DNA of 64,000 nt, taken from contig NIVC01001449.1 of NCBI GenBank assembly GCA_002269645.1, positions 62,001 through 126,000 on the forward strand, written 5' to 3'. Position 1 is the first letter of the stretch. Each line of letters starts with the position of its first letter. The translations under genes and the position numbers were made by a program. This DNA is from Macrostomum lignano (lineage: Eukaryota). Shown here piece by piece: positions 40,101-52,100 of this stretch. Under the pieces are notes generated by a model, which saw nothing but the letters and a program-made list of their open reading frames with translations, was not told the origin of the DNA and ran no database searches.

Positions 40101-43100
40101 TGGTTAGGAGCGGCTTATGGTCCGTCACAAGCACGAAATGATGTCCAAACAGGTACTGGTGGAACCTTTTTACTCCGAATACTATGGCCAGCGCTTCCTT
40201 CTCCAACTGCGAGTAGTTAATCTCCGGCTTTGATAGCGTCCTCGAAGCATAGGCAACTGGCCTTTCATCACCATTCGGCATCACGTGCGAGATGACACAT
40301 CCGATTCCATACTTTGAAGCATCCGTTTGTAGAACGAGCTGCTTCTTCGGATCGAAATGCGCTAGCACTCGGTCAGATGTCAGCGTTTTCTTCACTCTGT
40401 CAAATGCAGCGTTGCACTCCTCACTCCAGTGAAACTCCGATTCCTTGCACAACAGTCGATTGAGCGGTACCAGAATCGACGACAGATTCGGGATGAACTT
40501 CGCGTAGTAGGTTATCATTCCAATTAGAGAGCGAACTTCGGTTGCATTTGTTGGTGCCGGTGCATTGTGAATTGCCTCAACTTTCTCGTTTGATGGGTGA
40601 AGTCCATTTTCGTCAATAACGTATCCGAGGAATGCAATCTTGTTGAGACGAATTTCACACTTCTTTCTGTTTAAATGCACGCCATAATCTGAAAGGTGCT
40701 CCAACACAGCGTTCAACCTATTATCGTGGTCTTCCAGACTGGTTCCAGACACCAGAATATCATCTATGTATACAACGACGTCCAGGCCCTGCAGTATTTT
40801 CTCCATGGCCTCCTGAAACTGAGCCGGTGCGGATGCCAGTCCCATTGTGAGTCGGTTATAATGAAACAGACCGAGATGAGTGTTGATAGTGGTGAACCTT
40901 CTACAGGATTCTTCCAACTCAAGCTGCAGGAATGCTTGCGAGATGTCCAGTTTGGTAAAATATTTCCCGCCATTTAATGTTGCAAAAATTTCTTCTGGTC
41001 GTGGCAGAGGATACTTGTCGACCTCTAATTGTGGATTGACTGTCCTTTTAAAGTCAGCGCAAATTATCACTGATTTTCCATCGCGCTTGAGAACAGGAAC
41101 GATTGGCAATGCGAAATCCGATGCCTTCACCTTCGTGATGATTCCTTGGGCTTGCAAACTCTTTGAGCTCGTCCTCAATGAGACCCTTGATTGCAAATGG
41201 AACTGGCCGACTTTTGAAATACTTTGGTATTGAATTCTCCTTCAGCACTATATTGGCCTTCAATCCTTTAATGGTTCCCAATGTCTCAGCAAACACTTGC
41301 TCATGCCTCCTTACCAATAGATCCAATAGGCTGGACTAATGTGGTCACGTTCACACTCGCAAACTTGTCCCAGTCAATCTTGATCTTAGAAAGCCAGTCG
41401 CGTCCAAGCAGATTTACTCGTTCTCCTTTGACAATCAGTACAGGCAATTGGTAACGCCGGACGTTGTGGCTAACCACGTCGATTGTTGCTTCACCTAATA
41501 CTGGGATTGAGTGATCCGTGTAGCTGGACAACCTTACGGTAGTCCTTGAAAGCTTCAGGCCTAGTTGCTTGCTGGTGTCGTTGATCAGGGTTTTATCCGC
41601 ACCAGTATCCACTTGAAATCTTACAGCTTTTCCGTTCAGTTCCAGTTCGCACTCGTATGGTGGAGAAGTGACATGCGCGACCTGTCCAGTCGAGCACACT
41701 GTCCTGACTTCAAAGCACTCCCTGTGGTGTCCCTGACTCGTACAGTTTGAGTCCCTGCTGTGTGAGCTGGTTGAACTAGCTTGTCCTGTGCATAGTGCAC
41801 TCTGCCGTGTCTCTTATGTCTGGACGAGCTGAGTTTCTTTTGCTTTCCACCTCCGGAATCTTTAGTCCTGTCCTTTGTGCGGCAGGCATCACTTTTATGT
41901 CCCACTCGACCGCACTTGCTGCACGTCTTGCTACGGTAGGGGCAGTTCTTTGCCCAGTGATCTTGTGCATTGCAGCGGAAGCATCCAGATTGATTGTTTC
42001 TGTTGTTCTTCTCTGACAAGCCGTCTGTCAGATTTTTACTGGCTCTCGAAGACTTCACCGCCTGGATTGCACCGGTTGACGAAATTGTCACCACACCTCT
42101 TTCCGCTGCTTCCATCGCAGTCGCAAGGGTAAGTGCTCCAGTTAGTGTCAGTGTGTCTTCTTGCAACAGACGCTGCTGTGTCAGGCGATTCCTTAGGCCG
42201 ACAACGAACCTGTCTCTCAGTGCCTCGTCCAAGAATTCATTAAAACCACACGTGGCAGCCAACTTCCGCAGACTTGCGATGAAATCGCTCACATTTTCTC
42301 CTTCATGTTGGGCTCTGCTGTGGAAGTTGAATCTCTCGACAACGATCTTAGGCCTTGGGTTAAAATGCTCCCTCAGGGCCTTGACTTGATCGTCGAAGTT
42401 CACATCCTTGGGCTTCTTTGGTGACAGCAGGTTGCGGAGCAATTGATAGCAGTCATTACCAATCACTGTAATCAGATTTGCTCGCTTATGTGCCTCCTCG
42501 GTCACTTTGTTTACGACGAAAAACTGCTCGAGTCGTTCTTCATAAGCTTCCCATTGCTCCGGTTTAGCCACGTCGAACTCTCCGATTTTTACACTCCTCG
42601 CCATTGTTATGTCCTCTTCTTCTGCTTCTATACCGACTATTGCCTCCAGGCTACCATCTGACATCAAAGTCAAGTCGAAGAAGCATTATTTAAAATACGA
42701 GCTGTTCACAAGCTTTATTTGCCTCTAGCTAGCGCACGTCTTGCTTGCCTTTTTGTAATACTGTTAGCCTTCGGCTCTTAAAGAAATAAAAGATTGTACC
42801 CTAGACTATAGACAAAAGAAGGGAAGCATTAGTGCATTTGCTAAACCAAAAGTCCATACGAGCGTACACAACAAAATTGAAGCGTCCGCACCATTGCCGG
42901 AGGCATGTCTCTTGCAACGACTAGTTCTATTAAGAAGATGCAACGTTTATATTATTACTGAGAGATAGTGTCTTCAAGTTTATTGCCGCTGAAAAAATAC
43001 ATTGAATTATTCCGATTACATGTACGTTTAGCAACCAATGGTTTTTGATCGCAGACGAACTTTTAATACCTACCGATATACTCGTATGCCCCTGGTATAC

Positions 43101-46100
43101 TTTCTGCAAAAATTTACCTCTATATTGAGGTAAGGGAGCACGCTTTAGAAGGCAAAGAAATATAAAAGAGAAAATCAACATAGATTATATTCTTTCGACG
43201 CGTTTCGGTCCAACTAGAGCCATCTTCAGGTCTGGTGTATTTTTAGTCACACAACAACTTTTATAAGAGATAAGTGAACAAATGTTTACTGTACAGTCCG
43301 TAAATTCTTCCGTAAATTCTTTAACACGCCTATTAAGATAGTTTTCCACACTGCTAAGGTCGGCCAATACGTTAGTAGACTGAAATCCCATGTTCCTCTT
43401 GCTCTGGCAACAGGTGTTTGTGTATAAGTTCTCTTGTTCTGTTGACCAGAACATTACCTATATAGGTAAAACTAAAAGGCACTTGTACACCAGAGTCAGA
43501 GAGCATTGGTTGAAAAGGTCGGCTATCCAAGACCACCTGCTCTGTTGCAACAGTTGCTGCGAAATTGAGCAAACTCAGCAGTTCAAATTTATTGATCGGT
43601 GTAGGACTGACTTTAGGCTTAATATACTTGAATCCATGTACATTAAAAACCAAAAACCAAATCTGAATATTCAGCTCTCCCATAGTGGTGCGGGCCATTT
43701 GCTCAAGGTGTTCCAAGTGAAGGCACAAACCTGAACAATGTACTCGTAATCTCTGCTCAACTTTGAAAATTCTGCCCATGATATGCCCCTTGGACTGTAC
43801 AGTAAACATTTGTTCGCTTATCTCTTAAAAAAGTTGTTGTGTGACTAAAAATACACCAGACCTGAAGATGGCCCTAGTTGGACCGAAACGCGTCGAAAGA
43901 ATATAATCTATGTTGATTTTCACTTTTATATTTCTTTACCTCTATATTATCCCTTTAGCGACACCCTGCTGGAGATAGGATGATTAGGAAAACCTGTAAT
44001 TTTACTTGCTTACTGATAACACAAATGAACCAGTAAAGTTGAGTACTCGCAATACACTTCGACCAAAAGTGTCACAAAGTAGCTGACTGGATTAAAAGAA
44101 GCCGACTAATAAAAATCAACAATAGCCTCAGTAACCCCGAAATTCATACCCTCTTTGATGATGCAACCGCGGAACTGAAACTGGCTCGCCGCTGCAGACC
44201 CGTTGAGCAGCAGGACTCGCAGCTCATTCGAACGAATCAAATGCGGCAAAGGCTGGTCGGCGCCATTCTTTGAATCAAAAATCTAAAATTTCATATATTT
44301 TGTGAACTAAATCTGGCGTCAAGCCAAGTTAGCTCATATTAGACCTAGGAACCATGGCAGTTGATGCGCGAAATCAGTTACCGTGTCGGTGCCAAACACT
44401 GTAAAGTTGACAAACGTCCAGTTTTGCAGTGTCTTAAACTGCAACAAAAACTTCACTCCATCGCTGACAGACAATGCAAGACCCGTGATGTGGTAGAATT
44501 CCGTGAACTCAAAACTTATCACAGTTGGTGAGATGCTGCTGGCCGTCATTTCACTAGTCGGGATTAGCTCGCAGTCTAAAATTTGAATTAAAAAATCTTT
44601 GCTGCTAACTAAAGTCACAGAACTTTTTGTGTGCGTCTGAATAACACAGCAAATTCTTACCGTCGGGGTAGCCGAGTAGCTCCAGTTTCATCACCCGATT
44701 CCCGATAAAGTTAGTGTCTGGCGGCGTGAACTGAACAATCTTGGCTTTGATTGGCACTGGCAGGTCCATTCGAATCGGCGTGTTGTCATTGGCGAAGTCG
44801 TTGAATTTGTGCTACAAAAAAGTGGAGTTCTCTTAATTAGTTTTCTTGTTTTCTATAGAAGATAGTAACTATAATGGTCGATTAACCTCAATAAAATCTG
44901 CCTTCAACTTACAACATTTAATGTATTCGACATCTGATATGATGTCACAGGTATCAAGGCTCTGTGGTGATCACCGTATGACAGAGTAAAAGACCTCACG
45001 TAAGCGAACCAAGCTCGTGTCAAATCCATTGTGGACGAGCCCTGCACGACAACGCCTAAGATCGTGTGCCTCGTTATCAAGTAAATATTTACGGAGAAAA
45101 CTGGAAATTGAAAAGATTTAACGGGGCTGCGTGAACGCGCTTATATTGTTGTTACACATTGACTACTCTTAATGCAAAATAGTAGCTACTCACCGTGGGT
45201 AAAAAACATGCCGGGAGGCTGCAGTGGCTTCTGCGGAGAGTTCAGTCGCAGCATGTAGGGCGAAGGATGCGTGGTTGGCTGTATAGAGTAGCCACTGAAG
45301 TTATGGAACTGAACGTCAAGCTGATTGACTCCGATTATTCCCTCCTCGATGCCAACAGGATTTCCAATCAAGTGTTTCGGGCCTGTGGGATTTTTAAAAC
45401 ATGGCTTGAACAGGGGCAGCTTTAACAAGGTCGCATCCAGTGGCACTCCTAATAAAAGTACGCGTTAGTTTATATAGAAACATGATCTCCTTCATTTCTT
45501 CGTTATCAAAATGAAATTCGACCTGCAGCCAGTGAAGGGGCCAATAGTTATGTACGTTTAGTTGAATTTAAGCACATGCATCGGATATATAAGTACGTTT
45601 CGTTTCTATTTTGACCATTATATGCAGAAATGATGATTCATTATGATAGAAAAAGTGAAATGCGACGCCTATTTTTCCATGCAGCCACAATTTGACAGGG
45701 TAGCATAAACTGTCTGTCTGCTGAAGTGAAATATTTTATAATGTTAGTGTCCTTGGTCTTCTGGACTCTCACTACTGCTGCGGCTCTACAATAATTTCTA
45801 TTATTAATGTGAGAGCCAAATAACTGGGGCGGCGGATTCGACTAAACTTTTCCTGATGATGCAATCAGGAAATATTAACTCACAGACCGTTTAATTAAAT
45901 GTTCACAATATCAGAATGTTGTCTTACAAAGAAAAACAATATGAAAGGATGTTCCAAATAAGAAGCTCGACTAGCTCAAGTTGTAAGGAGGGGATTAGTT
46001 ATCCTTTAATTTTAGTTTGATTAGATTCGTGTATTCTCTGTTGAAGTCAAAAGCAAAGCAAGGGCATAGGAGGAGCAAGGAGAAGAGCAAGGAAACGGGC

Positions 46101-49100
46101 AAAAGGTGAGCAAAAGGCGAAAGGCGCAAAAGGGTGGCGAAGACGAGCTTCTTGTGTGGTTTAAAAAAAGTTTTATATAGATTTTCTGGTCTTTCCAATT
46201 GAGGAATATTTTAGATGGTACATGAATAGTGTTCATTGACTGAGGCTCGAGTCGTATCCTCAACTTTTTGCTTGTTTGAGCGCATTGATTGTCTGGTAAT
46301 ACCTTTAAACTGGATGGAATTTTTTTTTATTAGAGGCAGGGGGTTGTGTGCACCCTGGCGCACTTCAAGCGACATTGTCACACAACCGGCGAGAGGCATT
46401 ACTGCCCATTTCGCCGACTCCCCTGAGCAGGCATACAAGCGCGCGGATACGTACGCAGGCACCACAGACCAAGAAATATAACTAGACTGCGCATCCCGCA
46501 TTTCTTGCTTGGGCTTGTTTTTGACCAAATGACAGTGGAAAAAATGGTCCCTCTCTCCCTACTCGAAAACGATCGATAATTGTGCTTGGGCAAGAAGTTA
46601 GGGTACAGGCCTGCTTTTCTTTCCGCCTGCGTTGATATGTAGCTATATATTAAAGTGGTCTGGGGCCAAAAATATAAACTTATAAAACACATACTTGAAA
46701 TACAAAGCAAGCTGCTTCAGTCTAATCTAAATCAATCCTCACCAAATCGAACTGCCATGGAAGAATCTAATTCTTCAAAACTGCCTAGCAGAAAAAGTCA
46801 CGGCAGCTTTTGCTGCGCTCTAGGCTGCTCGAACAACTCGTCAATGTCTCCGGCAGTGTCCTTCCATTTTTTTCCAAAAGACACTGAAATGAAGAGAAAG
46901 TGGCTGGTTGCGCTCCGACGCAAGGAGTTCAAACCATCGGCGACCACCCAAGTCTGCTCGGTCCACTTTGCAGAGTCTTGCTTCAAGGAACAACTAGCCG
47001 GCTTTCTGCCCACCACAAGAAGGCGGCTGTATCCAAATGCTGTTCCTTCTATCTTCCCGACGCTCCCTGACCGCCTGCAGCCTGTTGAAAAGAAGCGAAA
47101 AACAGCCACCGCCGCCGCCGCTGCTCAGGAAGTTGACTTTGCTGCATTTTTGAAAGCGCCGGAATGTAGCAAGACGAAGGCTCAGCCAACTGACACGGAG
47201 GCAGATGAACCAGAACAACCCCTACAAGAACTGCATGCCAACTGTGTGGCCAGAGAACTATTCGAAGAAAAGGTGAGAGTCCTAAAAAACCTGAGGCGCA
47301 GATACAAAAGGCTTTTGGCTGCTCATAAGAGATCTAAGAAAAGTGCTAAGGCCATTGAAATCCTGCGTCGGACGGTACAGAGCAAGTACAGAAAAATTCG
47401 ATCTCTGCGCTCAAAGCACAGGCAAATTAAACATAGAGCCAAAACATTGAAGGACGCAATTCTGGATCTAAAGGCCAAGTGCATGTTAAACGAAGCAGCG
47501 GCATCTCGATTGAATTTCTTGACCTCCGATTCACTGCTGAGCAGCATCGTGCCTTGCAATAGAAAAAGGACAAAGAGGTTCTCTGACGAAGTGCGCAAAT
47601 TCGCCTCTACATTGCATTTCTATAGTCTGAAGGCTTATGAGTATGTACGAAAGTACTTTCAGCTTCCACATCCTGCGTCACTTAGAAAATGGCTCTCAAA
47701 TGCAAAGTGCTTTCCAGGGTTTTGCGATCAGGCTTTCCAGGAACTTTCGCGGCGACGCAGCTCCACTGACGGCCAAGCCTTTGACTACTGCAACGTTGTT
47801 GCTGATGAAATGTCGCTAGAGTCGATGATTGAATGGAATTCAAGCGAAGGTATGTTTTTTGGCTACGTTGACAAAGGTGATGGCAAACCAAGTGATCAGG
47901 AGGCGTCTTCGGCACTGGTAGTGATGGCAGTGGGGCTTAAGAGCTATTGGAAGCTGCCTTTAGGGTATTTTCTAGTGAATGGAGTTGACGGCGAATTTCT
48001 TTCGAGCGTTGTAGAGGAATCCATTCAGCGACTGTACCAGGTTGGCGTCATAGCAACATCATTCACATGCGATGGAACTCAGCACAACATTCGAGCGATC
48101 GAACTCCTTGGCTCCAGGATAAGTTCTCCGAACGAGGTCATCGCCTGCTTCCCGCACCCCTGCGATCCTAGCATTCAGGTTGCAGCCTTCCTGGATGTGC
48201 CTCACATGTTAAAGCTGATTCGCAATCAGTGGCAGTCACTGGGAAGATTTGTTTGGCCGAACAGAGGAAATATTGAATGGAAATATGTTTCCATGTTGCA
48301 GCAAGTACAAGAAAGTCATGGACTCCGACTTGGAAACAAGTTAAGCAGGCATCACATCAACTTTGCTAATTTAAAGATGAAGGTCTATTTGGCATCACAA
48401 CTGTTTAGCAAGTCAGTGGCCGACTCTTTGCGATGGGTGCATCAGCAAGGTGTGATCGGATTTGAGCACTCTGATGTGCTAGTCACCGCAGATTTCGTTG
48501 AGCACATGAATGATTTGTTCGACGCTTTCAATTCCAAGCGGCTGGTCAGTTATGGCGCCAAAATGGCGCTTAGAGCTGACAATCAGTCGGATTGGATCGA
48601 TTTCTTCTCTAGCTCGATCGAACTTCTCCGTAGCCTTGAAACTCCGGCTGGCTGTAAGATAGTAGAAACCGCAAAGAAGACTGGCTTCCTAGGCTTCATC
48701 ACCAACTGCCATGGCATTATGGAGCTCGCTAAGTATTTATTTTCGACTGGCGAATTCTTCTTTCTTTGCACTTACAAGCTTTCGCAGGATTTTCTCGAAC
48801 TGTTTTTTAATGCAGTAAGGCTACGAAATGGCTGGAACCATAACCCAACGCCCACGCAATTTCGCTCAGCATTCAGGCAGCTGTTGGTGCATGCCGGAGG
48901 TGGAATTCTACAGTCCGTGAGTCCGAATGTGAGGCAGCAGGATGCCACTATTCAGTTATCATTGTCTTGTCTGCCATCATCATCAGGACAGCAGCCATGG
49001 AAGCAGATGAAAGCTCAAAATGAAATGGGACTGAGTCTGGGTTCAATCCAACACTGCAAGAATGCATCGGTGTGTGAAATTTGCCAGTCCATCGTGTGCT

Positions 49101-52100
49101 ATATCGCAGGCGCGGTCGTCCGAAGAATGATGAAAGCAGTTGAATGTGCTCCGTGCAGGTCAGCTCTGATCGCAAGCTCTGAGACGCCAGGAGCTTCACG
49201 CGGACCATGCTCACTCGTTGCCATAAAAATGTTTTGAACAAGGAAGGAACTGGCGGCCTGATTTTTCCTAGCAGCAATGTCCTGCGGGTGCTGCTCAATG
49301 CAGAGACTGTTGTTCAGCGTGCCAGCTACAGCAGCGGATTCTCTAGTGATGTAGCTGTTCAGGAGATTCTGCGCATGTCAATCGATCTGTTCCCTGAACT
49401 GGACTCTCATTCGGCATCCGCGAGTATCAGCATTGAGTCTCACAAGCTGCATTTGATTCGAGTAATGGCTATGCTTTTTATAAATATTCGAATGAAGAAG
49501 CTGGCTAAGGATCTTTCACGCGCTAGAAGAAAACCCGGCAAGAGGCAAAGGCTGCTTCGAACATCGATTTTTCTTAATTTGTAATCAGCGTATCCGAATA
49601 TGGAAGCTGGTAAGTTATGGCTTCAATGGATTCTGTTTAAGCTTATTCCCGTGATAAACTATATATTTGCCATTAAATGCGTGCAAAAAAATTCTAGATA
49701 AATTAAAAATGAATCTGTAGTTGTTGATTTGTTAATCCTATTTCTTACTGAGTCTGAATTTTCACTAGTTACGAACATAAAAAAAAAGAGACCCCGACAA
49801 GCTGAGTTGGCTGAGGGTAAGAAGAAAGGCCCGGGCACAATTATCGATCGTGGGGGAGTGGGCACTGGGGTGCCACTTTTCCTACTAGGAAAAAGGCACA
49901 ACTTTTTTTACCCTCATGCGCAGTCTAGTTATATTTCTTGGTCTGTGGCAGGCACACACTCACACAGGAGTGTACAGCGGCCCTAACTTTATTTATCGTT
50001 AGGCATGTACACTTCACTGCGCCTTGGGGGGTTGGCCCTCAAGGCCGTTAATTGCACGAGCAGAGCCAAGCCGAGATTCCAATTCAGCCCCAAATTAATG
50101 TGACTGCACTTGGAATCGAGCCTGGGTCGCTGGCACACCAGAGCAGCTGCGCTACCGCTGGGCTACGGCCCCCCTTAAACTTTATGGAAAATTTCAGGGC
50201 CAAATTTATCACTTCAGTAGTAATGACTAGCCATTTAGCCCCCCGCTGGGGGGCTTTAAAATGACACCTAGTGGTTTTTATTTTGGCCCAACAGTAACCA
50301 TTAATTTTCATTTCCATTAATAAAAAGTTACTTTTTCTCATTTTGAAAAAAAATAAAATTGCTTTCAAGCACAAACTCTTAGTGCATATCGTCATTGGCC
50401 TGGGCATATTCTGGTCCGCAGCAGGAGCTCAATATGCCAATCCCTGACGGCCTCTTTATTAGCCTAACTCAAAGAATCAAATCTTTAATAAATACGCTGG
50501 TATTTCCTATCAGCAGAATTCAGCGTCACTTGTGTGTACTATTTTATTATCTGAATTAAATGAACTACTTGAGCCGTACTACTTGACGATCTGACAATCG
50601 CTCAACAACCTAACCCCCCCCCCAACAATTCAGCCATCTCCCATAAGCCTTGATATCTCAACAATTCAGCCATCCCCATGAGCCTTGACATCTCAGCAAT
50701 TCCCCCAGTAAGCCTTGACATCTCAGCAATTCCCCCAGTAAGCCTTGACATCTCAGCAATTCCCCCAGTAAGCCTTGACATCTCAGCAATTCCCCCAGTA
50801 AGCCTTGACATCTCAGCAATTACCCCAGTACTGGTAAGCCTTGATATCTGAGCAATTCCCATGAGCCTTGAAATCTCAGAAATTACCCCAAAAAGCCATG
50901 ACATCTCAGCAATTCAACCAATAAGCCTTGAAATCTCAGCAATTCCTGAGATGTCTCCACAACAACCTGAAATTATCCCTTCCAATCCCAAAAAACAGGC
51001 TTCAGTCATACTCTAGCGGCCTAGAATTGTCCCCACAGCAAACAATAATTTACTCAGTAGTCCACACTTACTACCTCAGCAGTTTGCAGCTATACACTCA
51101 TAAGTCTGGAGCAAAAATCATATCATTGCTTCTGAATATGGTCTGGAGAAACTCCGTCTGCACATCTCACATCTTTACATCTATGTTATGATCCTCCAGA
51201 CAATATGATCTATATGAACTACCTTAGCAGTTTTCAGTTTGTCCCCTCAGCAGTCTGCAGTTCTCCTCTCGGCCCACTCCTCAGAATCCTCAGCAAACTG
51301 AAATAAAGGATCCTTTTAAGAATCAGAATTTTTCTCATCATTTATTATGGTTCACTAAATCAATTTTCGATACATATCGGCAGTTTTTTCACAATTCAGC
51401 CTTCATTTTAACTATAAATTTAGCAGCATAGCACTTTGATACTTTCATGGATCTAGGCAATACCCATTGATGCGATGAGTAATACTCACGCCGCCACTGA
51501 GCATTATTTTCCTCTCCCTTGCTGCATCCAGTACTGAGGCCTACTACTCACAATGAAGAGAGAAAAGTTGTGGCGCAATCTTAATTGGAATTGCTATTCA
51601 GTTAGTCAAGATTTTGACCTTTTCTAGCCTCCCATTGAAAGCATTGGGAAAACTCGTTTTTCGAATATTTAACCATCTTCCCATTCGAATTTTTCAATGC
51701 AATTAGATCCGCACAATCTCACAAAAATTTGCAATTGAATAAAGCAAGTTTGAAAAAAATCGGTTCAGGCATTCAGGCTGTAGACTGAAATACCGGTCAA
51801 ACCTGAGAGATTTAGTATATTGGTGATGATGATGAATGTTGACTCTACACCGAGCCTGGTTTATGGGTTACCAAACTAATAAATTACTCACTAGCAGCAG
51901 GAAAGCCGAACACTTCGAACTCGGGCAGGTAGATGGGGCGCCGATAGTAGGTCAGCTTCCTGATTCCAGCGTACCGAGCAACCTGAATTTCAACAAAGCT
52001 AGCTTTATTTTCATTTCAATTTTGCTATGACTTTTACTCAAACTAGCCTGAACGATTTAACGGCGGCCTAGAAAAATCACTCGGATGTCTAAACTGATGC

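Larger units (their letters stand above)
35181..42873 (-). mobile_element. Mag-type Ty3/Gypsy LTR retrotransposon, decayed, 3' LTR interrupted
   Basis: 5' LTR 42605-42873 (TG..CA); 3' LTR split 35181-35260 plus ~38343-38533; TSD AAATT (35176-80, 42874-78); PBS-like tggcgagg overlapping the gag ATG; PPT aaagggggaa 38534-43. Confidence 0.95.
46320..50174 (-). mobile_element. tRNA-derived SINE (~360 bp) split by P3
   Basis: A box TAGCCCAGCGG (50165-50155), B box GGCTCGATTCC (50122-50112), A tail at 46320-28, 15-bp TSD ttaaact(gg/tt)atggaa. Confidence 0.78.

Noticed and set aside
45195-45425. Short plus-strand ORF as a gene or RLE-retrotransposon tail
   Set aside because: No convincing motif or splice context; resemblance too weak.
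49207-49240. Programmed ribosomal frameshift in the P3 transposase
   Set aside because: No clear slippery heptamer with downstream structure; P transposases are not known to use it; a homopolymer error or mutation is simpler.
50110-50174. Functional tRNA gene
   Set aside because: A/B boxes are present but there is no full cloverleaf, and it continues into a SINE body with A tail and TSD.
51490-51720. Two small candidate exons bridging 51892 and 45100
   Set aside because: Open phase-1 frames exist but lack a recognisable motif and have weak acceptors; left unannotated.
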